DNA from: Gemmatimonadales bacterium
Lineage (GTDB): Bacteria; Gemmatimonadota; Gemmatimonadetes; Gemmatimonadales; GWC2-71-9
NCBI GenBank assembly: GCA_035637235.1
Contig: DASPXO010000025.1
Span: forward strand, 1-16,144
Length of the DNA: 16,144 nt
Reading direction: 5' to 3'
This document shows, piece after piece, positions 1 to 6,294 of this stretch (within the stretch, counting starts at the first letter, position 1; each line of letters opens with the position of its first letter). Below the pieces are notes generated by a model. The model was not told the origin of the DNA. It saw only the letters and a program-made list of their open reading frames with translations, and ran no database searches. The position numbers and the translations under genes are program-made.

Positions 1-698
1 GCCGGCACGGCCGACAGGTGCGCCACGTTTTCGAACGCCGGGATGTCCGCGGCGAACAGCGTCTCGTGGGTGTCGAAGGTGGTGGACTGCCCGTAGTCGA
101 TGCTCGGCGTGTCGATCCCGACGGCGTGCACCTTGCGTTCGACCAGCCAGCGGGCCGCGTCCGGATGGATTCCCGGGAAGTGCAGCTCCGGCACCGCCGC
201 GGGCCCGGTCCTGGCGGTGCCGAGGTAGCGGGCGCGATCGGGCCAGCGGTTCCCCCAGCCGGTCCGAAACAGCACGATCGCTCCCTCGGGAATCCGCGTG
301 CCGGCCCGCTCCCACGCCTCGAGATCGGCGGGTGTGATGCGGTAGTCGCGGTCCGCCTCCGCCTGCCGGCGCACGTCGATCACGAACGCCGGGCCGGCGA
401 GCTGGGTGAGGGGGATCTGGTCGGTCGTGTGCCTGCCTTCGGCGAAGTGTACCGGCGCATCGAGATGGGTGCCGCCGTGCTCTGCCGCGGCGAAGTTGTT
501 CGCGGCGTAGTAGTAGCCCGCGGGCGTCCGCCGCGCCGAGACGACCTCGAGCGCGAACGGCTTGGCCGTGGGCCAATAGATCGTGGTCGAGTCGAAGGGG
601 TAGCTGAGATCGATCCAGGTGGCGCGGGCCAGCTGTCCGGTGAGGGAGGGACGGGCGCAGGCGGCGGCCGCTAGCAGAAGAGGCAGCATTCGAATCAT
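1..698 (-). CDS. Cyclase-family protein (arylformamidase / kynurenine-formamidase-like), N-terminal part only; the 3' end lies beyond the window start
   Basis: Reverse-complement reading from ATG (rc of 696-698) gives MIRMLPLLLAAAACARPSLTGQLARATWIDLSYPFDSTTIYWP...EHGGTHLDAPVHFAEGRHTTDQIP. The HxGTHxDxPxH motif (about nt 430-470) is the hallmark of the PF04199 cyclase family. GC3 is very high. The N-terminus looks like a signal peptide. The ORF runs off the edge, so it is absent from the ORF track, and + ORF 18..674 is its antisense shadow. Confidence 0.8.
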   Translation of the reverse strand, partial: MIRMLPLLLAAAACARPSLTGQLARATWIDLSYPFDSTTIYWPTAKPFALEVVSARRTPAGYYYAANNFAAAEHGGTHLDAPVHFAEGRHTTDQIPLTQLAGPAFVIDVRRQAEADRDYRITPADLEAWERAGTRIPEGAIVLFRTGWGNRWPDRARYLGTARTGPAAVPELHFPGIHPDAARWLVERKVHAVGIDTPSIDYGQSTTFDTHETLFAADIPAFENVAHLSAVP

Positions 699-794
699 GA
701 GCGTGCTCCGTGCTGGTCCCGGGCTAAGAGCGAATCCATAATGGAGTCGTTCCCCGAATTGGCAACCCGCCCGCAGGTGGGTACGTTGACACCT

Positions 795-1019
795 ATGAAC
801 AACCTCACAATCGTCGGTCTCGTCCTCCTCGCCGCCTGTGGCAGCGGCGGCCAATCCGAGAAGTCCGGCGCCGCCTCAGGCGACTCGCTCACCGAGCGGC
901 AGCGGGACAGCATGCTCGCGAAGTCGAGCATTCCCGGCGCCTCCGGCGTGGGCCGCGCGATGCGCGTGGCCGACTCGACCAGCGCCCGGGTGCGGGCGAC
1001 GGACAGCGTGTCGCCTTGA
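795..1019 (+). CDS. Small lipoprotein (74 aa), unknown function
   Basis: ATG at 795 in frame with ORF 741..1019. The N-terminus MNNLTIVGLVLLAACGSGG has a lipobox LAAC. GC3 is high over the whole ORF. An alternative start at ATG 741 lacks the signal peptide. Confidence 0.55.
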   Translation: MNNLTIVGLVLLAACGSGGQSEKSGAASGDSLTERQRDSMLAKSSIPGASGVGRAMRVADSTSARVRATDSVSP

Positions 1020-1021
1020 CC

Positions 1022-1037
1022 TGACCTCACCCCCTGA
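1022..1037 (+). repeat. Copy 1 of exact 16-nt motif TGACCTCACCCCCTGA, preceded by TTGACC
   Basis: Identical 16-mer at 3484-3499. Both copies lie in short intergenic gaps directly after a lipoprotein gene stop and before the next start codon. Confidence 0.6.
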
Positions 1038-1078
1038 CCCCCTCTCCGTAGCGGAGAGGGGGGACGAAGTGGTGAGGT
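1024..1078 (+). promoter_or_regulatory. Compound stem-loop in the NfeD leader: a perfect 11-bp GC-rich hairpin (ccccctctccg / tag / cggagaggggg, 1038-1062) nested inside an 8-bp outer stem (acctcacc 1024-1031 with ggtgaggt 1071-1078)
   Basis: Read directly from the sequence. The 3' arm contains the only SD-like purine tract (gagagggggga) and the candidate GTG starts at 1069/1072. No U-tract follows, so this is not a canonical intrinsic terminator. Confidence 0.5.
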
Positions 1079-1116
1079 CTCTTCCGCAAGGCAGTCCCGG
1101 GCTTCACTTTCAGGTC

Positions 1117-1731
1117 ATGCTCAGCGTCTACCTGTTCGCGGCGATCGTGGGGACGGGCTTGCTGCTGTTCAGTCTCCTCGGCGGCCACCACGGCGGCGGA
1201 GACGCGGGAGTGGGCCACGAGGTCGCGCTCGGCCACGGTGACGTCGGCCACGGCCACCCGGTACTCGCCGACGCGGAGCACCCGGGTGTCGGCGAAGCGA
1301 TCATCAGCCTGTTCCGCCCACGCAACATCATCTTTTTCGCAGCCGGGTTCGGGCTGACCGGGACGCTGCTGACGCTGCTCCGCACGAATCCGGCATTCAC
1401 GCTGCTCGCGTCGCTCGGCATGGGCACGGGCTTCTTCCTGCTCAGCCACACGGTGTTTTCCTTCCTGCGGCGCTCCGACACGGCCACCGAGGCGCTCACC
1501 GAGTCGGAATTCCTCGGGGAGCGCGGCCGGGTCACCCTGCCCCTCGAGCAGGGGCGTCCCGGACGGATCGCCTGCCTCATCGCCGGCCGCGAGGTGCATC
1601 TCACGGCCCATCTCTCGGACGGTAGCGTCGGGGAGATCCCGGCCGGCCGGGAAGTCGTCGTGGTGAAGGTCGTCGACGGGGTGGCGGAGGTGTGCACCCC
1701 CGAGCAGTACGAGCGCCAACTGCCAGCGTAA
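1117..1731 (+). CDS. NfeD-like membrane protein (short NfeD / YqiJ type) with C-terminal OB-fold domain
   Basis: Read from ATG 1117 (MLSVYLFAAIVGTGLLLFSLLGG...), this is the later part of ORF 838..1731. It has several TM helices and a C-terminal beta-rich segment GRVTLPLEQGRPGRIACLIAGREVHLTAHLSDGSVGEIPAGREVVVVKVVDGVAEV typical of the NfeD C-terminal domain. It sits immediately upstream of a flotillin gene, the classic nfeD-flotillin pairing. Alternative in-frame GTG starts lie at 1069/1072, after a G-rich SD-like gagagggggga. Confidence 0.8.
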   Translation: MLSVYLFAAIVGTGLLLFSLLGGHHGGGDAGVGHEVALGHGDVGHGHPVLADAEHPGVGEAIISLFRPRNIIFFAAGFGLTGTLLTLLRTNPAFTLLASLGMGTGFFLLSHTVFSFLRRSDTATEALTESEFLGERGRVTLPLEQGRPGRIACLIAGREVHLTAHLSDGSVGEIPAGREVVVVKVVDGVAEVCTPEQYERQLPA

Positions 1732-1740
1732 GAGGTCGCC

Positions 1741-3024
1741 ATGGACTTGTCTCCCGTCACCGTCGTCGCCCTCGCGGCCGTCGCGCTGGGCCTTGTGGGC
1801 GCGCTCGTCGGAATGGTCCGGTCGCTCATCGTGATCTGCATGCCGAACGAAATGGTGGTGGTCAGCGGCCGGCGTCGGGTCACGGAGGACGGGCGGAGCG
1901 TCGGGTACCGGGTGCTGCACGGCGGGCGCACGCTGCGGGTCCCGATCATCGAGAAGGTCTCGCGCATCGATCTCCGGACGATTCCGATCGAGGTGATGAT
2001 CAAGAACGCCTACTCGAAGGGCGGGATACCCCTGATCGTGCAGGGCATCGCCAACGTGAAGGTGTGCGCGCGCGAGCCGATCTCCTACAACGCGGTGGAG
2101 CGGCTGCTCGACAAACCGTTCGACGAGATCATGCAGATCGCGAAGGATACGCTCGAGGGCAACCTGCGCGGCGTGCTGGCGACGCTCACGCCCGAGGAAG
2201 TCAACGAGGACCGCCTCAAGTTCGCCCAGCGGCTGATCGAGGAGGCCGACGAGGACCTGAAGAAGCTGGGGCTCGAGCTCGACACGCTGAAGATCCAGAA
2301 CGTCACGGACGACGTGAAGTACCTCGACTCGATCGGGCGGACGCGCACCGCGGAGATCTTGAAGATCGCGCGCGTCGCCGAGGCGCAGCGCACCTCCGAG
2401 GCGGAGCAGACCGAAGCGTCGTCGCGCCAGGCGGCCCAGATCGCGAAGATCCAGGCGGACCTGAAGATCACGGAGGAGAACAACCGGCTCCGCGTCCGCA
2501 AAGCCGAGCTCGAAGCGGAGGCGCTGGCGCGGGAGAACGAGGCGCAGGTGGCCGGCGAGAAGGCGAAGGTCAAGGCGCAGCAGGATCTCCAGGCCGCGCG
2601 CATCGACCTCGAGGCCAAGCGCGTCGAGGCCGACGTCGTCGTGCCCGCCCGGGCCGACCGAGAGGCCTCGGAGCTGCGCGCCAAGGGCGCCGCGGCGTCG
2701 ATCCTCGAGAACGGCAACGCCAACCTCGCCGTGCTCGACCGCATGATCCAGCTCTACAGCAAGGCGGGGAACGAGGCCGAGCGGATTTTCATCCTGAACA
2801 TGCTGCCGGAGATCATCAAGGAACTGGCGGGCTCGGTGGAGCAGATCAAGATCGACAAGCTGGCGGTGATCGACTCGGGGAACGGCGCCGGCGTCGCTTC
2901 CGCGGCGGCGCAGTTTCCCCAGGCGATCATCAAGCTGACGGAGCAGATCGAGGGCGCGACCGGGATCAACATCCTGTCGCGGCTGCAGAAGCCGGCCGAG
3001 CAGCCGAAGCGTGCCGAGAAGTAG
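1741..3024 (+). CDS. Flotillin-like SPFH/band-7 protein (YqiK/FloT family)
   Basis: 427 aa. An N-terminal TM helix is followed by an SPFH core (VVSGRRRVTEDGRSVGYRVLHGGRTLRVPIIEKVSRIDLRTIPIEV...GGIPLIVQGIANVKV) and a long E/A/K/Q-rich coiled-coil (flotillin EA repeats). SD aagagg lies 5 nt before ATG 1741, which is 10 nt after the NfeD stop. Confidence 0.9.
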   Translation: MDLSPVTVVALAAVALGLVGALVGMVRSLIVICMPNEMVVVSGRRRVTEDGRSVGYRVLHGGRTLRVPIIEKVSRIDLRTIPIEVMIKNAYSKGGIPLIVQGIANVKVCAREPISYNAVERLLDKPFDEIMQIAKDTLEGNLRGVLATLTPEEVNEDRLKFAQRLIEEADEDLKKLGLELDTLKIQNVTDDVKYLDSIGRTRTAEILKIARVAEAQRTSEAEQTEASSRQAAQIAKIQADLKITEENNRLRVRKAELEAEALARENEAQVAGEKAKVKAQQDLQAARIDLEAKRVEADVVVPARADREASELRAKGAAASILENGNANLAVLDRMIQLYSKAGNEAERIFILNMLPEIIKELAGSVEQIKIDKLAVIDSGNGAGVASAAAQFPQAIIKLTEQIEGATGINILSRLQKPAEQPKRAEK

Positions 3025-3475
3025 TCTCGCTCTCCTCGCGTTCGCCGCCGCCTGCGGACCCACCGATCCCTGCCGCTCCCCCCCGATGCATCTCCGGAGC
3101 CGCTACGCGCGAGCATATGTCGGCCACTGGCGCGTGGCGCACGGGGACACGCTCACGCTCCCCGAGATGGGCGACCGGTTCAAGCTCAGCGACGTCGTGC
3201 TCGACAGCGCCCGGATCGCGGTGGGGCGAGCGTGTCACTTCAAGGGGCGGCTCGTGTTCCAGGTCCCGCGCGCCGAGACCCTCGCGGTGACGTGGTTCGG
3301 CCAACCCGAGCGGGCGCTCATCTTCGGCTGGCCGGCGGAGCTGGGGCCGTTCGCCGGGATCGAGGCGGTCCGCGTGGGCGATTCGCTCGCGGGTGCGATT
3401 CTGTTCGACGAGCGGTTGGGCGTGCGGGTGCCCCCCGGGGTCACGGCGCGCTTCGTCGCGGGCCGGGCACGGTGA
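3011..3475 (+). CDS. Hypothetical lipoprotein (154 aa)
   Basis: A GTG start at 3011 overlaps the flotillin stop (3022-3024) by 14 nt. The N-terminus SSLALLAFAAACGPTDP has lipobox AAAC. GC3 is high from about codon 30 onward. No recognisable domain. The start is uncertain; the next in-frame ATG (MHLRS...) would remove the signal peptide. Confidence 0.5.
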   Translation: MPRSSLALLAFAAACGPTDPCRSPPMHLRSRYARAYVGHWRVAHGDTLTLPEMGDRFKLSDVVLDSARIAVGRACHFKGRLVFQVPRAETLAVTWFGQPERALIFGWPAELGPFAGIEAVRVGDSLAGAILFDERLGVRVPPGVTARFVAGRAR

Positions 3476-3483
3476 AGTATCTT

Positions 3484-3499
3484 TGACCTCACCCCCTGA
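3484..3499 (+). repeat. Copy 2 of exact 16-nt motif TGACCTCACCCCCTGA, preceded by TTTGACC
   Basis: Same 16-mer as 1022-1037. Here CCTCA-ccccc-TGAGG forms a 5-bp hairpin whose 3' arm overlaps the SD gaggaga of the DinB_2 gene (ATG 3510). Confidence 0.6.
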
Positions 3500-3509
3500 G
3501 GAGAGCAAC

Positions 3510-4031
3510 ATGCCCTTCACCGCCGCCGAGCGCGCCGCCCTGATCGAGCGCTACGCCCACGGTCCCGCGCTCCTGAAGCGCGCTCTCGCCAGGGTCCCCG
3601 CCGAGGCCCTCCAATGGAAACCGGCTCCCGGCAAGTGGTCGGCCCACGAGATCGTCGTCCACTGCGCGGACTCCGAGACCAACGCCCACATGCGGCTGCG
3701 CTACCTGCTCGCCGAGCCGGACCCCATGATCGTGGGATACGACCAGGACCGCTGGGCCGCGGCGTTCGCCTACCACGGGCACCCGATCGAAGTCGCGCTC
3801 GCGACCGTCGAGGCCGTGCGGGCCAACACGGTGCCCCTGCTGAAGCGGATGACCGACCGGGACTGGGGCAAAGTCGGCCGGCACACGGAGTCCGGCCGCT
3901 ACGCCGTGGAAGACTGGCTCGCCATCTACGCCGAGCACCTCGAGAAGCACTCGCGCCAGATCGAGCGAAACCTCGCCGAGTGGAGCGACCGTCCCCCCCC
4001 TCCGCGACGCGGCGAGGGGGCCAGGGGGTGA
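3510..4031 (+). CDS. DinB/YfiT-like (DinB_2 superfamily) putative metal-dependent enzyme
   Basis: ATG 3510 is preceded by SD gaggaga and is in frame with ORF 3393..4031. Sequence MPFTAAERAALIERYAHGPALLKRALARVPAEALQWKPAPGKWSAHEIVVHCADSETNAHMRLRYLL...YAEHLEKHSRQIE carries the His triad pattern of DinB_2 proteins. The C-terminal tail is Pro/Arg/Gly-rich. Confidence 0.85.
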   Translation: MPFTAAERAALIERYAHGPALLKRALARVPAEALQWKPAPGKWSAHEIVVHCADSETNAHMRLRYLLAEPDPMIVGYDQDRWAAAFAYHGHPIEVALATVEAVRANTVPLLKRMTDRDWGKVGRHTESGRYAVEDWLAIYAEHLEKHSRQIERNLAEWSDRPPPPRRGEGARG

Positions 4032-4036
4032 GGCCG

Positions 4037-4432
4037 ATGAGGGGATTCCTGTTTCGCCTGCTCATCACCGCCCTCGGCCTGTGGGCCGCCGCCACCATCG
4101 TTCCCGGGGTCACGATCCGCGGCGTCGGGAACCTGATCGTCGCGGCGCTGCTGCTCGGGCTGGTGAACGCGGTCATCCGACCGGTCATCCTCATCCTGAC
4201 CCTTCCGTTGACGGTGCTCACGCTGGGGCTGTTCATCCTGGTCGTGAACGGGATTTCGCTCGCGCTCGTGGCGTGGCTGATGCCGGGGTTCACCATCGCC
4301 GGGCTGCCCCCGGCGATCCTCGGCTCGATCGTGGTCGGGCTGACCAGCTGGTTCGCTTCCGCGTTCGTCGGCGGCTCGGGCCGCATCGAGCGGATTCGCC
4401 ACATCGAGGTGAGCGGGCGCCGGCTCGATTGA
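4037..4432 (+). CDS. DUF360 / phage-holin-4_2-like small membrane protein (YvlD-like)
   Basis: ATG 4037 (MRGFLFRLLITALGLWAAATIVPGVTIRGVGNLIVAALLLGLVNAVIRPVILILTLPLTVLTLGLFILVVNGISLALVAWLMPGF...) gives four predicted TM helices, typical of DUF360. This is the later part of ORF 3614..4432. A G-rich SD (gggggtgagg) lies upstream. Confidence 0.8.
   Translation: MRGFLFRLLITALGLWAAATIVPGVTIRGVGNLIVAALLLGLVNAVIRPVILILTLPLTVLTLGLFILVVNGISLALVAWLMPGFTIAGLPPAILGSIVVGLTSWFASAFVGGSGRIERIRHIEVSGRRLD
4348..4432 (+). repeat. Direct-repeat copy A (3' end of the intact DUF360 gene), partner at 5968-6051
   Basis: See pseudogene entry 5968..6051. The two copies bracket a 1.5-kb segment carrying the DUF423 and GT87-like genes. 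Confidence 0.7.
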
Positions 4433-4800
4433 TGGACCGGCTCTTCGCGGGGCTTGGCGCCGCGTCGGCGTTGCTCGCGGTGGCCGCCGGCGCGTTCGGC
4501 GCGCACGCGCTGCGCGCCCGGACGCCCGCCGACCTCCTCGCGGTGTTCGAAACCGCAGCCCGCTACCAGATGTACCATGCGCTGGCGCTGCTCGCCGTTG
4601 CCTGGGCGGTGACGCGCTGGCCCGTGCCTGCTGTGCGCGCCGCCGGGTGGCTGTTCGTCGCCGGCACGGTGACCTTCTCCGGCTCGCTCTATCTGCTCGC
4701 GCTGACCGGCGTGCGCGCCTTCGGCGCCGCCACGCCCTTTGGCGGGCTCGCGTTCCTGGCAGGCTGGCTCGCGCTGGCGGTGGGCGTGTGGCGGGGCTGA
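4432..4800 (+). CDS. DUF423 family membrane protein (YgdD-like)
   Basis: ATG 4432 overlaps the DUF360 stop (tgATG). Sequence MDRLFAGLGAASALLAVAAGAFGAHALRA...YQMYHALALLAVAW...VTFSGSLYLLALTG...TPFGGLAFLAGWLALAVGVWRG matches the conserved GAFGAH, Y.xH.LA, FSGSLY.LAL and TP.GG..FLAGW blocks of DUF423. It lies in the frame of ORF 4081..4800. Confidence 0.85.
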   Translation: MDRLFAGLGAASALLAVAAGAFGAHALRARTPADLLAVFETAARYQMYHALALLAVAWAVTRWPVPAVRAAGWLFVAGTVTFSGSLYLLALTGVRAFGAATPFGGLAFLAGWLALAVGVWRG

Positions 4801-5933
4801 CCCCGCGGGAGCGGCGCATCCTCGTCGCGCTCGGGGGACTGTACGCCCTTGTCAATACGTTCATCGGCGTCCACTCCGGCGGCGATCTCGTGTTCCACCT
4901 GCGCCTGGCCGAGCGCCTGATGCAGGGTCTGCCGCTGTACGCGGACTTCGACACGGCGCGTGGCATGCCGTGGCCGCCGTTTGCGATATTCGCGTTGACC
5001 CCGTTTGCGCTCCTGGCTCGCCTCAGTTTGCCGGTCGCCAAGGGCTTGTGGGCGGTCGGCAACGTGGCGCTGTTCGGCTGGTGCGTGGTGCGCGCGTATT
5101 CCCGCGTCGGCCGCTGGCTCCCCGTCGTACTCGCCGTCGCCGCCGTGGCCCAGCCGCTCCAGAGCAACTTCCAGCACCTGAACATCAACATCGCGCTGCT
5201 GGGGCTGGTCGTGTTCGCCATGGACGATGTCGAGCGGGGGCGCGACATGCGGGCGACACTGTGGATTGGCGTCGCCACCGCGCTCAAGGGCTACCCCGGA
5301 GCGATCTTTCTCTATTTCCTCGCGCGCGGCCGCTGGCGGCCGCTGGCCGCGGGCCTCGTCGCCGCGGTCGGGCTCAGTTTCCTGGTGATGCTTCCCGCCG
5401 GTCTCGGGGGAGCCGCGATCGTCCCCGACTACGTACACCTCGCTCTGACCGCCCAGAGCACGAAGGCGCTCGCGGGCCAATCGATCGGCGGGCTCGTCGC
5501 CCGTTTGGGGGGAGGCGTTGCGACCGCAGTGGCGCTCGACCTCATCGCCTCCGGTGTGGTGGCCGCGGCGCTGTGGCGCCGCCGGCGGCTCCAGTCGGGT
5601 GCGGCGGCGTCCGACCTCGGGATGGCCGCGGTGCTCGCCGTGCTGCTCGCGCCGCTCGACCGGCTCCACTACTACGTTCTCGGATTCCCGGCGTGGACCG
5701 ACACGTTTGGCCGCCCCGCACCGGCGCGCGGGCGCACGGCGTGGTTCACCGCGCTCGCCGTCGGGGCATTCCTCACGTCGGGGATGCTGAGCCATATCCA
5801 CGGCCCTCTTCCCGCGGTCTTGTGGATCATTCGCAAGAATACCTACAACCTCGGCGCGCTGATCCTGCTCGGCATTCTCGTGATCCAGCGCGCCCGCGTC
5901 CCCGAACCTCCTCCGGCACCGCAACCTCCATGA
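4788..5933 (+). CDS. Polytopic membrane protein, DUF2029 / glycosyltransferase-87-like (function tentative)
   Basis: Frame of ORF 4647..5933. A GTG at 4788 overlaps the DUF423 stop by 13 nt. The 5' part of the ORF-track ORF is the DUF423 gene read out of frame, so the true start must be near 4788 (alternatives: CTG 4794, or ATG giving MQGLPLYADF about 4920). At least 8 hydrophobic segments, high GC3, Pro-rich C-terminal tail PEPPPAPQPP. The GT87/DUF2029 assignment is by general resemblance only. Confidence 0.6.
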   Translation: MAGLTPRERRILVALGGLYALVNTFIGVHSGGDLVFHLRLAERLMQGLPLYADFDTARGMPWPPFAIFALTPFALLARLSLPVAKGLWAVGNVALFGWCVVRAYSRVGRWLPVVLAVAAVAQPLQSNFQHLNINIALLGLVVFAMDDVERGRDMRATLWIGVATALKGYPGAIFLYFLARGRWRPLAAGLVAAVGLSFLVMLPAGLGGAAIVPDYVHLALTAQSTKALAGQSIGGLVARLGGGVATAVALDLIASGVVAAALWRRRRLQSGAAASDLGMAAVLAVLLAPLDRLHYYVLGFPAWTDTFGRPAPARGRTAWFTALAVGAFLTSGMLSHIHGPLPAVLWIIRKNTYNLGALILLGILVIQRARVPEPPPAPQPP

Positions 5934-5967
5934 CACCTGCCCCACTCTTGCTGTCGGCGCTCTCCTC

Positions 5968-6051
5968 CGGTTCGCGTCCGCGTTCGTCGGCCGCTCGGGC
6001 CGTATCGAGCGGATTCGCCCCATCGAGGTGACGGGGCGCCGCCTCGACTGA
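5968..6051 (+). pseudogene. Remnant of the 3' end of a second DUF360-family gene (28 codons plus stop), about 90% identical to 4348..4432
   Basis: Direct nucleotide alignment of 5968-6051 with 4348-4432 shows about 9 mismatches in 85 nt. The in-frame translation RFASAFVGRSGRIERIRPIEVTGRRLD* compares with WFASAFVGGSGRIERIRHIEVSGRRLD*. Most substitutions are synonymous and the stop codon is conserved. No start or upstream ORF was found. Confidence 0.55.
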
Positions 6052-6181
6052 GGGAAGCCCGGAAGATCTCGAAGAAGGCGCGTCTCGACTTGTAAGGCAG
6101 CAACCACAAAGCTGCCACAAAAATCCCCGCGGCTCGGCGCGCGCACGCTCCGCGCCGTGCCGCCGTGCCTTCCTTCCCCAT

Positions 6182-6217
6182 GTGCGAAAACGCCTTAGGC
6201 GGTGCGAACGCGCCTTA
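6182..6217 (+). promoter_or_regulatory. Two direct repeats GTGCGAAAACGCCTTA / GTGCGAACGCGCCTTA (14/16 identical), 20 nt centre to centre, 80-115 nt upstream of the giant MPE/PKD gene
   Basis: Read directly from the sequence (6182-6197 and 6202-6217). The two-helical-turn spacing is typical of a dimeric or tandem-binding transcription factor site. It lies in a 240-nt non-coding leader of locally lower GC. Confidence 0.4.
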
Positions 6218-6244
6218 CACGCGAGGCACGGCGCGTGCTCCAGG

Positions 6245-6273
6245 GGGGTCGCAAGCCCACGCCCTGCGACCCC
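6245..6273 (+). other. 9-bp stem-loop ggggtcgca / 11-nt loop / tgcgacccc, 22 nt upstream of ATG 6295
   Basis: Perfect inverted repeat read from the sequence. No U-tract follows. It could be an mRNA 5'UTR structure. Confidence 0.35.
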
Positions 6274-6294
6274 TTGAGCCGAGCTGCCCACTAG

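Noticed and set aside
18-674. 218-aa + strand ORF
   Set aside because: It is antisense to the cyclase-family gene, which has the HxGTHxDxPxH motif and high GC3. The translation is Arg/Gly/Pro-rich low complexity, typical of shadow frames in 70% GC DNA.
750-795. sigma-54-like TGGCAA and a perfect TTGACA hexamer at 785-790
   Set aside because: TGGCAA is not followed by TTGC at the -12 spacing. The TTGACA sits only 5 nt before ATG 795 with no -10 element at 17 nt, so it cannot be its promoter. It is probably a chance match.
1027-3290. Long ORFs 1027..3063 (-, 678 aa), 1128..2003 (-), 1692..3290 (+, 532 aa) and 2085..2744 (-) overlapping the NfeD and flotillin genes
   Set aside because: They are off-frame or antisense shadows. 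Their translations are R/G/A/D/P-dominated with no motifs, while the NfeD and flotillin frames carry clear family signatures.
5881-5940. Apparent 1-nt inconsistency between my hand indexing of line 5881 and the ORF-track frames (stop of 4647..5933)
   Set aside because: Most likely my own reading error. Positions before 5880 and after 5941 agree with the ORF track, so ORF-track coordinates were used for the GT87-like gene end.
3517-6146. Minus-strand ORFs 3517..4578, 3926..5287 and 4689..6146, and + ORF 4739..6031 (430 aa)
   Set aside because: These are antisense or alternative frames of the DinB_2, DUF360, DUF423 and GT87-like genes, with low-complexity Arg/Pro-rich translations. The coding frames were chosen by family motifs, TM patterning and GC3.
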